Shown here in pieces: positions 17,115-26,365 of a DNA stretch of 30,897 nucleotides. A model generated the notes under the pieces. It did not search any database. It saw only the letters and a list, made by a program, of their open reading frames with translations, and was not told the DNA's origin. Position numbers and translations under genes: made by a program. The stretch's first letter is position 1. Each line of letters begins with the position of its first letter. Source of the DNA: Verrucomicrobiales bacterium (GTDB lineage Bacteria > Verrucomicrobiota > Verrucomicrobiia > Limisphaerales > UBA1096); the NCBI GenBank assembly GCA_028817635.1, contig JAPPPH010000115.1, positions 1 through 30,897 of the forward strand. Reading direction: 5' to 3'.

Positions 17115-20100
17115 ATGGATCCAAAGGAAAAACTTTCCCGAGACGACTTCCCGGACGAGTTGCGCGAGCAGTTCGCCGTGGTGGAACGCCGGCTTTGGAA
17201 GGTGGAAACGACGATGGCGGTCTGCCTCGCCGCCGCCGGTTTGTTCGGCTCGTACCTCGTCCTGTTTTTCTCTGACCGGCTTTGGGACAGCCCGGGCTGG
17301 CTCCGGGTCGGGCTGTTGGTCAGCGGCATCGCCACGACGGTTGGCGCGATCTTTTGGTGGACATCACGCTGGGTTTTTCATCGGCGCGACACCCGGGCGC
17401 TTGCGCGGCTGGTGCAGCGGCGTTATCGGCGACTGGGCGATCGGCTGCTTGGTATTGTTGAGTTGGCCGAAGAGGAAAAACGGCCGGCGGTATTTTCGCC
17501 CGCCCTCTATCGAGCCGCCATCGGGCAGGTGGCCGGCGAGGCGCTGAAGCTGGATTTCAAGCAGACGGTCAGCCCCCGGCCGGCGAGGCGTCGTGCCGTT
17601 ATTGCCTTTGCCCTGATTCTCATCGCCGTCACCGGCTGGGCGATCCTGCCCGAGGCCGGGCTAAACTCTCTGCGTCGTTGGGGTTTGCCGGGCGCGGAGA
17701 TCACGCGCCACACGCTGATCCACCTCGCAGGGTTCCCGGCCGAGCGTGTTGTGGCCAAGGGGGAGCCGTTTGAGGTTGGCGGTTCGGTCGAGTTCCGCTC
17801 GTTTTGGGAACCCCCGACCGGCTCGGCTCGGTTTCGCGACAACCAGCCGCTGTCCGCGGACATCGCCGACGGCAAGGTGAAATTCTCCGTCCCCGGTCAG
17901 GTGGAGGACGGTGACCTGACGGTATCCGTCGGCGACGCCGAGCACGCGGTGGCGATCCGGCCGGTGTCCCGCCCTGCCATGCGGGAGTTGCATGCGCGAA
18001 TTGCGCTGCCGGATTATCTCAAATATCCGATGCAAAATGAGATTGTGCAGGCTGGTTACCTGCCGGTTCTACGCGGCAGTACGGTTCAGTTTCAGGGGCG
18101 TGTCTCTCGCAATCTCAACGAGGCGCAGGTGGCCATCGACGAGGTGGGCACACCGATGCAGGTGCGCAATGAATCCTTCGCCAGTCCGGAACACAAGGTC
18201 GATGACACGGCGCATTTCGCCTTCACGTGGCGCGACGAGCATGACCTTGCCGGAGCTGCAGCGTGGCAACTTAACATTGAGCCAACCGAGGACACCGCGC
18301 CCCGCCCCGATCTTGGCTCACTTGGCCGCAGTCTTGCCATCCTCGAGACCGAGGTACTCGAGTTGAAGGCCAGCGTGCACGACGACTTTGGCATCAAGGA
18401 AACTGGCCTCGAGTGGCGTGCGCTTGGCCAAGCGGAGGAGCAGAAACCGAAGGCGGTCGCCGCCCTGACGAAGGAGGCAGCCAGCCCGCAGGAAACCGAG
18501 ATGGAGGCCGACTTTCACTTTAGCCCGGCTGTACTGGGCATCGAGCGCGACACCACCGTGGAGCTGGCCGTCTGGGCCACCGACCACATGCCGGGCCGCG
18601 AGCCAGCCCGTACCCAGCCGATCCAGTTGCACATCCTCGGCACGGAAGATCACGCTGAGATGGTGCGTCAAAAACTGGAGGAAGTTTTGCAGGATTTGGA
18701 GGAAGTCTCGCGTACCGAGGAAAACATCGCCGAGGACACCCGCGAATTGGCGCAGAAGGATGACGACGACTTGGCCAAGCGCAAGACCAACGAGAAAATC
18801 AAGGAAACGGCCGACAACCAGCGCGACAACGCCGAGGAGTTGAAGGACCTGGCCAGGGAGGGGGCGAAGGCGTTGATGGAGGCCATGCGCAACCCGGCGT
18901 TTGACGAGCAGACTCTGCGCGACTGGGCGCAAAATCTGAAGTCGATGAACGAGCTGGCCGACCAACAGATGAAGCAGGCTCAGTCCAAGCTTGGCCAAGC
19001 GGCACAGGAAAGCCAGCCGCAGGATAAGAAGGAGAATCTCGCCGATGCACTCGAGGAGGAGGAGGAGGCACTCGACGAGTTAGCCGACCTGCAGGACAAG
19101 GTGAACAAGGACCTCGACAACCTGCAGGCGCTCACGCTCGCCCAGCGGCTGCGCAAGCTCGGCAAGGAGGAGCTTGCGTTGCGCAAGAAAATCAAGGACA
19201 TCATTCAGGAGACCATCGGCCTGATGCCGGAGGATCTGCCGGAACGCTACACCCGCGCCAACACGCGCTTCACCAAGTCGCAGGGCCGCACGCAGGAGAA
19301 GGCCGTCGAGTTGCAGGGCGAGATCAGCCGTTTTTACGAGCGCACCGGCAAGGGCCAGTACGGCGAGGTTAGCAAGGAGATGGAAACCGAGCAGACCGGG
19401 GAGGCACTCGCCGAGATCGAGACGCAGATTGAGTCGAACATCAACATGCTGGCCATCCGCAACCTCGGCAACTGGGCCGGCAAATTCGAGGGATGGGCCG
19501 AGATGCTCGAGCCACCCAAGCCGGAGGATGACGGCGGCGGACAAGGCGGCGGTCAGGGTGGCGGCGAGAAAAAGGAAAACAATTTGATGAAGCTGTTGTT
19601 CTCCATGCTGCGCCTGCGCGAAAGCGAGTTGCGCCACCAGCAGCAGACGACACTGGTCGAGCAGCAAAAGGGTGATGCCGAGACTTACAAAAAAGGGGTC
19701 GAACGACTTTCAAAAATGCACGCCGACTCGATGCTGGAACTGAACCGGCTGCAGTTTGAGAATGCCGAGCCGGCGATGCTCGATCCGTTGCAGGAGACCT
19801 TCGATGCGATGGAGATCACCGATAACTTTTTGGAGAAGCCGCAGACCGACGTCGCCACGACCACATCTCAGGCCAACACCATCCGGCACATGTCCGACGT
19901 CATTAACCTGATCAACGAAGAGATTAAGCGTGACCAAAATCAACAGGGCCAATCCAAGGCCCAGCAGGAGATGGCGTTCATGATGGCGATGATGGCCATG
20001 AAACAACAGATGGGTCAGGGCATGCAGCAGGGACAGACCGCGGGCGGCAGTCAGGCTGGTGGATCAACCGACCGAGTGGCCAGCGGGTTGACCGGGGACG

Positions 20101-20237
20101 CCGCCGGGCGCGAGGACGCCAGTCGTACCATCAGCCGTGGCAGCGGTGCGGCGACCAAGTTGCCGGAGGAATTTCGGGATGCGCTGCAGGGATATTTCGA
20201 GGCAGTGGAGGCCATTGAAGGGGGCGAACAGCCATGA
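17115..20237 (+). CDS. Large membrane-anchored protein with Ig-like middle and long acidic coiled coil (DUF4175-like)
   Basis: Three N-terminal TM segments, a beta-rich middle (P.Y...Q, D.AP, DDFGI), a long E/Q/K/L coiled coil, a Gly/Gln/Met-rich tail and the ending LPEEFRDALQGYFEA. Confidence 0.65.
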   Translation: MDPKEKLSRDDFPDELREQFAVVERRLWKVETTMAVCLAAAGLFGSYLVLFFSDRLWDSPGWLRVGLLVSGIATTVGAIFWWTSRWVFHRRDTRALARLVQRRYRRLGDRLLGIVELAEEEKRPAVFSPALYRAAIGQVAGEALKLDFKQTVSPRPARRRAVIAFALILIAVTGWAILPEAGLNSLRRWGLPGAEITRHTLIHLAGFPAERVVAKGEPFEVGGSVEFRSFWEPPTGSARFRDNQPLSADIADGKVKFSVPGQVEDGDLTVSVGDAEHAVAIRPVSRPAMRELHARIALPDYLKYPMQNEIVQAGYLPVLRGSTVQFQGRVSRNLNEAQVAIDEVGTPMQVRNESFASPEHKVDDTAHFAFTWRDEHDLAGAAAWQLNIEPTEDTAPRPDLGSLGRSLAILETEVLELKASVHDDFGIKETGLEWRALGQAEEQKPKAVAALTKEAASPQETEMEADFHFSPAVLGIERDTTVELAVWATDHMPGREPARTQPIQLHILGTEDHAEMVRQKLEEVLQDLEEVSRTEENIAEDTRELAQKDDDDLAKRKTNEKIKETADNQRDNAEELKDLAREGAKALMEAMRNPAFDEQTLRDWAQNLKSMNELADQQMKQAQSKLGQAAQESQPQDKKENLADALEEEEEALDELADLQDKVNKDLDNLQALTLAQRLRKLGKEELALRKKIKDIIQETIGLMPEDLPERYTRANTRFTKSQGRTQEKAVELQGEISRFYERTGKGQYGEVSKEMETEQTGEALAEIETQIESNINMLAIRNLGNWAGKFEGWAEMLEPPKPEDDGGGQGGGQGGGEKKENNLMKLLFSMLRLRESELRHQQQTTLVEQQKGDAETYKKGVERLSKMHADSMLELNRLQFENAEPAMLDPLQETFDAMEITDNFLEKPQTDVATTTSQANTIRHMSDVINLINEEIKRDQNQQGQSKAQQEMAFMMAMMAMKQQMGQGMQQGQTAGGSQAGGSTDRVASGLTGDAAGREDASRTISRGSGAATKLPEEFRDALQGYFEAVEAIEGGEQP

Positions 20238-21226
20238 TGCACACAAGGCTTTGGCTGCTCCTGCTCGGTTGTATCGTGTTGTCCGCACCGGCAAGTGCGC
20301 AGGAGTTGTTTGAGGAATCCAACGATGCACTGACAAAAGAAATCGAGCGTATGTACGTTCGAGGCCTTCAGTTTCTAGCGCAGGGTCAAACCACCTCCGG
20401 TGGTTTTAAGGACAGTCCGTACGGCACTTCGCCGGGAGTGGTTGGGTTTGCAGTGATTGCCTATCTCGCGCACGGGGATGATCCCAACCACGGCCCCTAC
20501 AGCGGCAACATCAAGCGCGGACTCAACTTCATTATAAGTAAACAAAACCAGACGACCGGCTACATCGGCACCACGATGTACAACCACGGTTTCGCCACGC
20601 TGGCCCTCGCCGAGGCGTACGGTGCGGTGGAGGACGAGCGGCTTGGCCCAGCGCTCGAGAAGGCAATCAGCCTGATCGTCAGTTCGCAGAAAAACAACCC
20701 GCGTGGCGGGTGGCGTTATTCGCCGGACAGCACCGACGCCGACACCACTGTGAGCGGCGCACAGATGGTCGCGCTGTTTGCAGCACGCAACGCCGGCCTG
20801 GCCGTACCGGAGACGGCGATCCAGACTGGGCTGAAGTATTTCAAGTCCTGCCAGACCCCTGAGGGTGGTTTTGGCTACACCTCAAACCGTGGACCCAACG
20901 CCGCGCGCACGGCAATTGCCACGCTGGTGTTTGCGTTGGCCAAGGAGAAGGACAGCGCCACCTTTCGCAAAGCATTTGGATATCTGCGAAAGGCGCCGGA
21001 AAGCTCGAGCTACCGGCAGTACTATCTCTATTATGGTGCGCAGGCGTTTTTCCACGCCTCCCCGGCGGAGTGGGGCAAGTGGAACCGCAAAAACATCACC
21101 AAGCTGAAGGAGAGTCAAAACGAGGACGGCAGTTGGAGCGGCCAGTTCGGGACCACCTTCAGCACATCCGCATCGTTACTTTCCCTCGCGCTCAACTACC
21201 GGTTCCTGCCCATCTATGAGCGGTAA
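20234..21226 (+). CDS. Prenyltransferase/squalene-oxidase-repeat (alpha/alpha barrel) protein
   Basis: Signal peptide. QW-like repeats RGLQFLAQGQ, GLNFIISKQ, SSQKNNPRGGWRY, SCQTPEGGFGY, ESQNEDGSW; also MYNHGFATLALAE and DTTVSGAQMVAL. Start overlaps the upstream stop. Confidence 0.8.
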   Translation: MMHTRLWLLLLGCIVLSAPASAQELFEESNDALTKEIERMYVRGLQFLAQGQTTSGGFKDSPYGTSPGVVGFAVIAYLAHGDDPNHGPYSGNIKRGLNFIISKQNQTTGYIGTTMYNHGFATLALAEAYGAVEDERLGPALEKAISLIVSSQKNNPRGGWRYSPDSTDADTTVSGAQMVALFAARNAGLAVPETAIQTGLKYFKSCQTPEGGFGYTSNRGPNAARTAIATLVFALAKEKDSATFRKAFGYLRKAPESSSYRQYYLYYGAQAFFHASPAEWGKWNRKNITKLKESQNEDGSWSGQFGTTFSTSASLLSLALNYRFLPIYER

Positions 21227-22610
21227 GCCGAGCCAAACCAAACGATGCCGCCGGCCGCTGACTTGGGCACTGTTGTGTTTTGCGCTTGGCCAAGCGCTTG
21301 GCCAGGCGGCGGGTGGAGACAGCCTACTCCGATTCATGGACGGCTCGATGCTTCACGGTGACCTGCAGCAGGTCAGCCTGCAGCAGGGCGTGCGCTGGGG
21401 GCATCCGGATTTGGCCAAGCCGGTCGATTTTAAGCCGGACAATCTGGCTTGGATTCGCTTCGAGGGTGCGAGGCCGGTGCAGCGGAACAACGATCCCACC
21501 GTGCACATTCGTTTTCACAACGGCGATGAGGTACTCGGCAATCTGGTCGCACTCGATGAACAACGCGTCCAGTTTTCGACTTGGTTCAACGAGCAACTTT
21601 CCGCACCGCGCAACGTGTTGCAGTCGCTCGCGTTTCTCTCACCCGGTTTCCGGATTTTGTACGAGGGACCGACCAGCATGGACGGTTGGAGGCTGGGCCG
21701 CGACCCGGACGCGTGGAAATACCGCGACGGGGTTTTCATCTCCGAGGGGGTTGGCGTGCTGGGCCGTGACTTCGGGCTCAAGGGATCGTCTCGCGTGGAG
21801 TTTGACCTCCAGTGGAATGGCACCTTCAGCTTGATTGTACCGGTGTACACCTCGGCGCTCGACCGGTTCGACTATCGGAGCAACTCCTACATGTTTTACA
21901 TCAGCCGCGGCTACGTGAGCCTTCAGCGCGTGCAGAGCGGAGCCGGCGTGCGCAACCTTGGCCAAGGGCAGATCCCGGAGATGCAATCGAAGAACCGCGT
22001 GTCGGTCGAGATTCGCGTCAACAAGGACAAGGCGGAGATGGAGCTGTATATCGACCGGAAGCTCGTCCGCAAGTGGCGCGACACGAACGGCTTCGCCGCG
22101 ACCGGTTCAGGCATCTCGTTTTTCTCCCAGCTCAACGGCCCGATCGTGCGCGTCAGCAACCTGCGCGTCTCAGCTTGGGACGGTCACTCCGACCCGGTGC
22201 AATTCGCGCAGGCCGTGAGCGACGAGGACATGGTTTACCTGAAGAACCGCGATGAGGTGCCGGGCAAAGTCAAACTGATGAACGGCAAAAACGTGATCAT
22301 CAACTCGCTGGGCGAAGACCTGAACATCCCGCTGGACCGTATAATCCGTGTGTCTCTGGCCAAGCCGGAAGCCAAAGCGGAGGTCAACCGGCCGTGGGAG
22401 GTGCGCGCCCACTTTGCCGGCGGCGCGGCAGTGTCGTTCAATCTGAATCAATGGGAGGGAACAACGCTCACCGGCCGGAGCCGAAACTTTGGCCCGGTGT
22501 CATTCGACTCCAAGTACATTCGACGTCTGCAATTCAATCTCGGTTCGTCACAGAAAACCAACGACACCAACGCCGGTGGAGCGAACCAACTTTGGCCATG
22601 GGATGACTGA
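21216..22610 (+). CDS. Exported beta-rich hypothetical protein, paralogue of the next gene
   Basis: Signal peptide ending FALGQALGQA. Repeated (N/D)G(D/S)..G beta-hairpin units and a lectin-like core. Start overlaps the upstream gene. Confidence 0.7.
   Translation: MSGKPSQTKRCRRPLTWALLCFALGQALGQAAGGDSLLRFMDGSMLHGDLQQVSLQQGVRWGHPDLAKPVDFKPDNLAWIRFEGARPVQRNNDPTVHIRFHNGDEVLGNLVALDEQRVQFSTWFNEQLSAPRNVLQSLAFLSPGFRILYEGPTSMDGWRLGRDPDAWKYRDGVFISEGVGVLGRDFGLKGSSRVEFDLQWNGTFSLIVPVYTSALDRFDYRSNSYMFYISRGYVSLQRVQSGAGVRNLGQGQIPEMQSKNRVSVEIRVNKDKAEMELYIDRKLVRKWRDTNGFAATGSGISFFSQLNGPIVRVSNLRVSAWDGHSDPVQFAQAVSDEDMVYLKNRDEVPGKVKLMNGKNVIINSLGEDLNIPLDRIIRVSLAKPEAKAEVNRPWEVRAHFAGGAAVSFNLNQWEGTTLTGRSRNFGPVSFDSKYIRRLQFNLGSSQKTNDTNAGGANQLWPWDD
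21283..21305. repeat. Tandem palindrome pair inside a signal peptide (ALGQALGQ)
   Basis: CGCTTGGCCAAGCGCTTGGCCAG. Confidence 0.93.
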
Positions 22611-24144
22611 GGCGATTTCAAAACCGATCCGTTCGAAGTGCGCTTGGCCAAGCGCACTTGGCCTTGTGTTGGCGCTTGGCCAAGCGGTGGCCAACGACGC
22701 TCCAAAGTCCACGATCCACTTTACCAACGGCGATTGGCTGCGCGGCAGTCTGGCCGCCTACGATCAGGCCAGTGGTGTTTTGTGGGAGCATCCGGACGCG
22801 GGCGGCACGATGCAGTTCAACATCAGCCGCGTCACCGAGTTGACCCTCGACGGCGCCGCCCCTTCCGCCCTTCCGCCCGGCAACCTTTGCGAAGTGATGC
22901 TGGTCAATGGCGACCACTTTCGCGGCAACCTCACCGGAACCACCGAGCAGCATTACCTGCTGGACACGTGGCATGCCGGCACGCTCCAACTTGCCCGCAA
23001 ATCGGTGCGCAAAATTGCTCCGTTGCCGCGTGGGTTGAAAACCGTTTTTCAGGGGCCAGAAAATGACGACGACTGGACGCACGGCAAGATCACCAACGAG
23101 ACGATTGGCGAGTCGGGCAACTGGCGCTATCACAACGGCGGTTTTCATGCCAAGCCGGCGGCGTCCATCGCGAAGGATCTGAAGCTGCCGGAACGTTCAC
23201 GCATCTCGTTTGACCTCGAGTGGAACGGCTCACTGCATTTGGCTTTTGCATTGTACACCGACACGCTGCACCCGATCAGCCTGTCCACCAAGGAGGACGA
23301 ACCGGACTTTGGCGGCTTCTACAGCGTGCAGCTCAACAGCTATTCCGTAAACCTCCTGCCGGTGAAAAAACACGAGCCGTTGACGTACCTCGGGCAGGCG
23401 ACACTGCCCGGTTTCCGTAACGAGACCAACTCGCACATCGAGTTTTTCGCCAGTAAACCGGAGAAGATGATCGCCGTTTCGATCAACGGCAAAGTCATTC
23501 GCAAGTGGACGGATCACGACGGATTCGTCGGGGAAGGTACCGGGGTGCGCATCGTGCATCAGGGGCGCGGCGCCGTCCGCATTGCCAATCTGCGTGTCGA
23601 GGAGTGGGACGGCCGGTTTCAGGAACCGCCCACGCACCCGGTTGGCGCGGAGAAGGATCTCGTGAAGCTGATCAACAACGATCGGATGGAAGGCACCGTC
23701 ACCGGTGTTGTCGACGACAAGCTGTTGGTGAAGACGCCCGAGGGTGAATTCCCTGTGCCACTCGACCGCGTCAAGCAAGTTGAACCCGCCACCACCAAAA
23801 CCATCCTCGACATGCCGCTCAAGCAGCGCGTCATTACCCACCTGAGCGACGGCAGCCAGATGACCTTTGTGCTGGATCGATGGAAAAAAGACGGCGTCGA
23901 GGCGAGCAGCCCGGGATTTGGCAAGGCGACGTTCAAGCCGTCATCGATCATGCGGATGGAGTTTCAGGCTCACCTCGCCCGGGCCGACATCAAGACGATT
24001 TATCGAGTGCAGCAGGGCGACACAATTAACAGCATCGCCCGCAAACGCGGCGCCTCAGTGCAGGCCATCCTCAAGGCCAACCCGTCGCTCAAGCCCGGCC
24101 AATTGAGAATCGGCCAACAGGTGATCATCCCCCTCAAAAAGTGA
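22603..24144 (+). CDS. Exported beta-rich protein with C-terminal LysM peptidoglycan-binding domain
   Basis: ATG 22603 overlaps the upstream stop. LysM YRVQQGDTINSIARKRGASVQAILKANPSLKPGQLRIGQQVIIP. The body is colinear with the 21216 protein. Confidence 0.8.
   Translation: MTEAISKPIRSKCAWPSALGLVLALGQAVANDAPKSTIHFTNGDWLRGSLAAYDQASGVLWEHPDAGGTMQFNISRVTELTLDGAAPSALPPGNLCEVMLVNGDHFRGNLTGTTEQHYLLDTWHAGTLQLARKSVRKIAPLPRGLKTVFQGPENDDDWTHGKITNETIGESGNWRYHNGGFHAKPAASIAKDLKLPERSRISFDLEWNGSLHLAFALYTDTLHPISLSTKEDEPDFGGFYSVQLNSYSVNLLPVKKHEPLTYLGQATLPGFRNETNSHIEFFASKPEKMIAVSINGKVIRKWTDHDGFVGEGTGVRIVHQGRGAVRIANLRVEEWDGRFQEPPTHPVGAEKDLVKLINNDRMEGTVTGVVDDKLLVKTPEGEFPVPLDRVKQVEPATTKTILDMPLKQRVITHLSDGSQMTFVLDRWKKDGVEASSPGFGKATFKPSSIMRMEFQAHLARADIKTIYRVQQGDTINSIARKRGASVQAILKANPSLKPGQLRIGQQVIIPLKK
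22636..22686. repeat. Palindrome cluster: 24-bp perfect palindrome, a partial copy and a second 14-mer
   Basis: AAGTGCGCTTGGCCAAGCGCACTT (22636-22659), overlapping CACTTGGCC, then CGCTTGGCCAAGCG (22673-22686). Confidence 0.93.
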
Positions 24145-24762
24145 TCACTCGCCCACGCTGCGATAGGCGGCGTAATTTGTCGGGATGCCCTGCGCATTAA
24201 ACTGCTGCTCGAAGTCGGTGACCAACTGCTTCATCGGTTCCGGCGTCTCGACAGTTTCAAATCCTACCGCATCACCGAACACCTCGAGCATCTGTTCAAA
24301 GTATTCGATGTTGTCCGTGCGCAGGTAGACGATGCCACCCTCCCTCAGCAGCCGCTTGGCCAAGGGCGGGAACGGCTCGCTGATCAGCCGGTTTTTGTGG
24401 TGCCGCTTCTTCGGCCACGGGTCGGGAAAGTAAACGTGAATCGCATCCAGCAAACCGGGCGGCAGCAGGTACTCCAGCACGTACGCCGCCTCGGCCCGGA
24501 GCAGCCGCAGGTTTTTCAATCCGGCACGATGCCCCTTGCGGTCAAGCTTGGTGATACGGCCGAGCAGCCGCTCCAGCGCGACGATGTTCCGGCCCGGATT
24601 GGCCAAGGCGTACTGCAGTGTGAACGAGCCGTCGCCGCAACCCAGCTCAAGCTCCAGCGGTTGCCTCGTGGAAAACAGCCCGGCCAGGTCGATCGGCTCG
24701 ACGGCGGAGGTGATTGGGTGAAGCAGCGTCTGCCCCGGCGGTAAAACTTTCTTACGACTCAT
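24145..24762 (-). CDS. trmB: tRNA (guanine-N7)-methyltransferase
   Basis: LELELGCGDGSF, FPDPWPKKRHHKNRLI, LRTDNIEYF, TDFEQQF...G. Confidence 0.95.
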   Translation of the reverse strand: MSRKKVLPPGQTLLHPITSAVEPIDLAGLFSTRQPLELELGCGDGSFTLQYALANPGRNIVALERLLGRITKLDRKGHRAGLKNLRLLRAEAAYVLEYLLPPGLLDAIHVYFPDPWPKKRHHKNRLISEPFPPLAKRLLREGGIVYLRTDNIEYFEQMLEVFGDAVGFETVETPEPMKQLVTDFEQQFNAQGIPTNYAAYRSVGE

Positions 24763-24807
24763 CGCTTGGCCAAGCGCTATTGGGTTAAGCGGGCACCGAT
24801 AACCGCA

Positions 24808-26229
24808 TCACCGATAGTCCCTGCCGTTCAGGCTGTTGATGACCGACTGCTGCCAGGTGACGAGGTCGGCCTTCATCCGGCCGAAGCGCTTGGCCAAGCG
24901 CGATTTATCCTCATTGAGCAGGTTGTTCGACTCCTTCGGGTCGTTGACTAGGTGGTACAGCTCGTAGTTGAACTGGGTCGCGTTTTTCTTCACCGGAATG
25001 CGGTGCAACTTATAGTCGCCCTCGATCCAGGCGGAGTGGCCGGGCAGGTTGTCGGCCGCATGAAAATGTCCAATCTGTCCCTCCGCTGCAGCCGGTTGCT
25101 GGTTGCCGGCGAGCTGCTCCTGCCGCAGCGCCTCAAGCATTCGGCGGGCGTGGCGGCCAAATCCGCGGTTGTGATATGTCCAGAATCCCATCGGCTGTTT
25201 GCGCACCTGTTTTTCCCCGCGAAGCAACGGGGCGAGGCTGATGCCGTCGAGTCTCGGCTGGTTTTTCGGCAGAGCCACGCCGGCCAACTCGAGCAGCGTC
25301 GGATAGATGTCCGAGGTGTTGGCGTTGATGTTCGTGATGCGGTTGGCCTTGACCCGGGACGGCCACTCAAGCACGGCCGGCACCCGGATGCCGCCTTCGT
25401 ACAGGCTGCCCTTTCGTGCGCGTAGACCGCCGCTGGAGCCCTTGGGTAACGAGCCGTTGTCGCTGCAGTACCAGAGCACCGTGTTGTCGGCGATACCCAG
25501 CTTGCGTAGACCGCTGCGCATTTTTCCGAGCGCGGCGTCCATCGCGGTGATTTCACCGTAAAAATGGGCCACACCGTCCGGCTGGTCGCTGTACATATTT
25601 TTAAACTTATCGACCGCCACATGCGGGCTGTGCGGATTGCCAAACCAGACCACCGCAAGGAACGGCTTCTTGCCCTTGGCCACCTTGCCGATCCAGTCCA
25701 TCGCCAGCCCGGCGGTGACGTCGGAACTTTCACCCTTGGTCTCGATCACCTTGCCGTTGTGGCTGAAGAGCGGATTGTTCTCGTAAAAATTCGGGCTGGA
25801 AAACCATTCATCGAAGCCGCTGTTTCCCGGGCTGGCCGCACCGTCCGCGCGCACGGAGCCGATGTGCCATTTGCCGAAGTGCCCGGTCGTGTAGCCGGCC
25901 TTTTTCAGCGCCTCGGCGATGGTAATCTCCTGCGGCCGCAGCGTGTGTCCCCACGCAAAACAGCCGAAGCGGTTGGGGTGCCGGCCGGTCATCACGCTGC
26001 CGCGCGTCGGCGAGCAGACGGCTGCCGCCGCATAAAACCGGTCGAACCGCAGACCGGTTCGCGCCATCTCGTCCATCACCGGCGTCTTGAGCACGGGATG
26101 GCCGTTGTAGCCGGTGTCGCCCCAGCCCTGGTCATCGGCCATGCAGAGAATGAAGTTCGGGCGCTCGTCCGCCAGTGGCCCGACCAGCGAGGCGGCGGCG
26201 AACAGGATCAAACTGAACATGTTTTTCAT
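24808..26229 (-). CDS. Cys-type (formylglycine-dependent) sulfatase, arylsulfatase A-like, exported
   Basis: Signal peptide, RPNFILCMADDQGWGD, signature CSPTRGSVMTGR, GYTTGHFGKWH, SDNG, KGSLYEGGIRVP, ELYHLVNDPKESNNL. Confidence 0.92.
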   Translation of the reverse strand: MKNMFSLILFAAASLVGPLADERPNFILCMADDQGWGDTGYNGHPVLKTPVMDEMARTGLRFDRFYAAAAVCSPTRGSVMTGRHPNRFGCFAWGHTLRPQEITIAEALKKAGYTTGHFGKWHIGSVRADGAASPGNSGFDEWFSSPNFYENNPLFSHNGKVIETKGESSDVTAGLAMDWIGKVAKGKKPFLAVVWFGNPHSPHVAVDKFKNMYSDQPDGVAHFYGEITAMDAALGKMRSGLRKLGIADNTVLWYCSDNGSLPKGSSGGLRARKGSLYEGGIRVPAVLEWPSRVKANRITNINANTSDIYPTLLELAGVALPKNQPRLDGISLAPLLRGEKQVRKQPMGFWTYHNRGFGRHARRMLEALRQEQLAGNQQPAAAEGQIGHFHAADNLPGHSAWIEGDYKLHRIPVKKNATQFNYELYHLVNDPKESNNLLNEDKSRLAKRFGRMKADLVTWQQSVINSLNGRDYR

Positions 26230-26365
26230 GTGAACGTTCCAACTCAGGTTGGCCGGAAAGAGTTGCCGCCGGGAGGCGATTAGTCGAGCGCTGAAGGCAT
26301 CAACAGGAATGCTTTGCCCTTGCCACGGGTGGGGGTTGGCCGGATGCTCCCGGTCGTTTAATCCA

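Noticed and set aside
24142-24147. Back-to-back stop codons TGATCA between the LysM gene and trmB
   Set aside because: Ordinary tight convergent packing.
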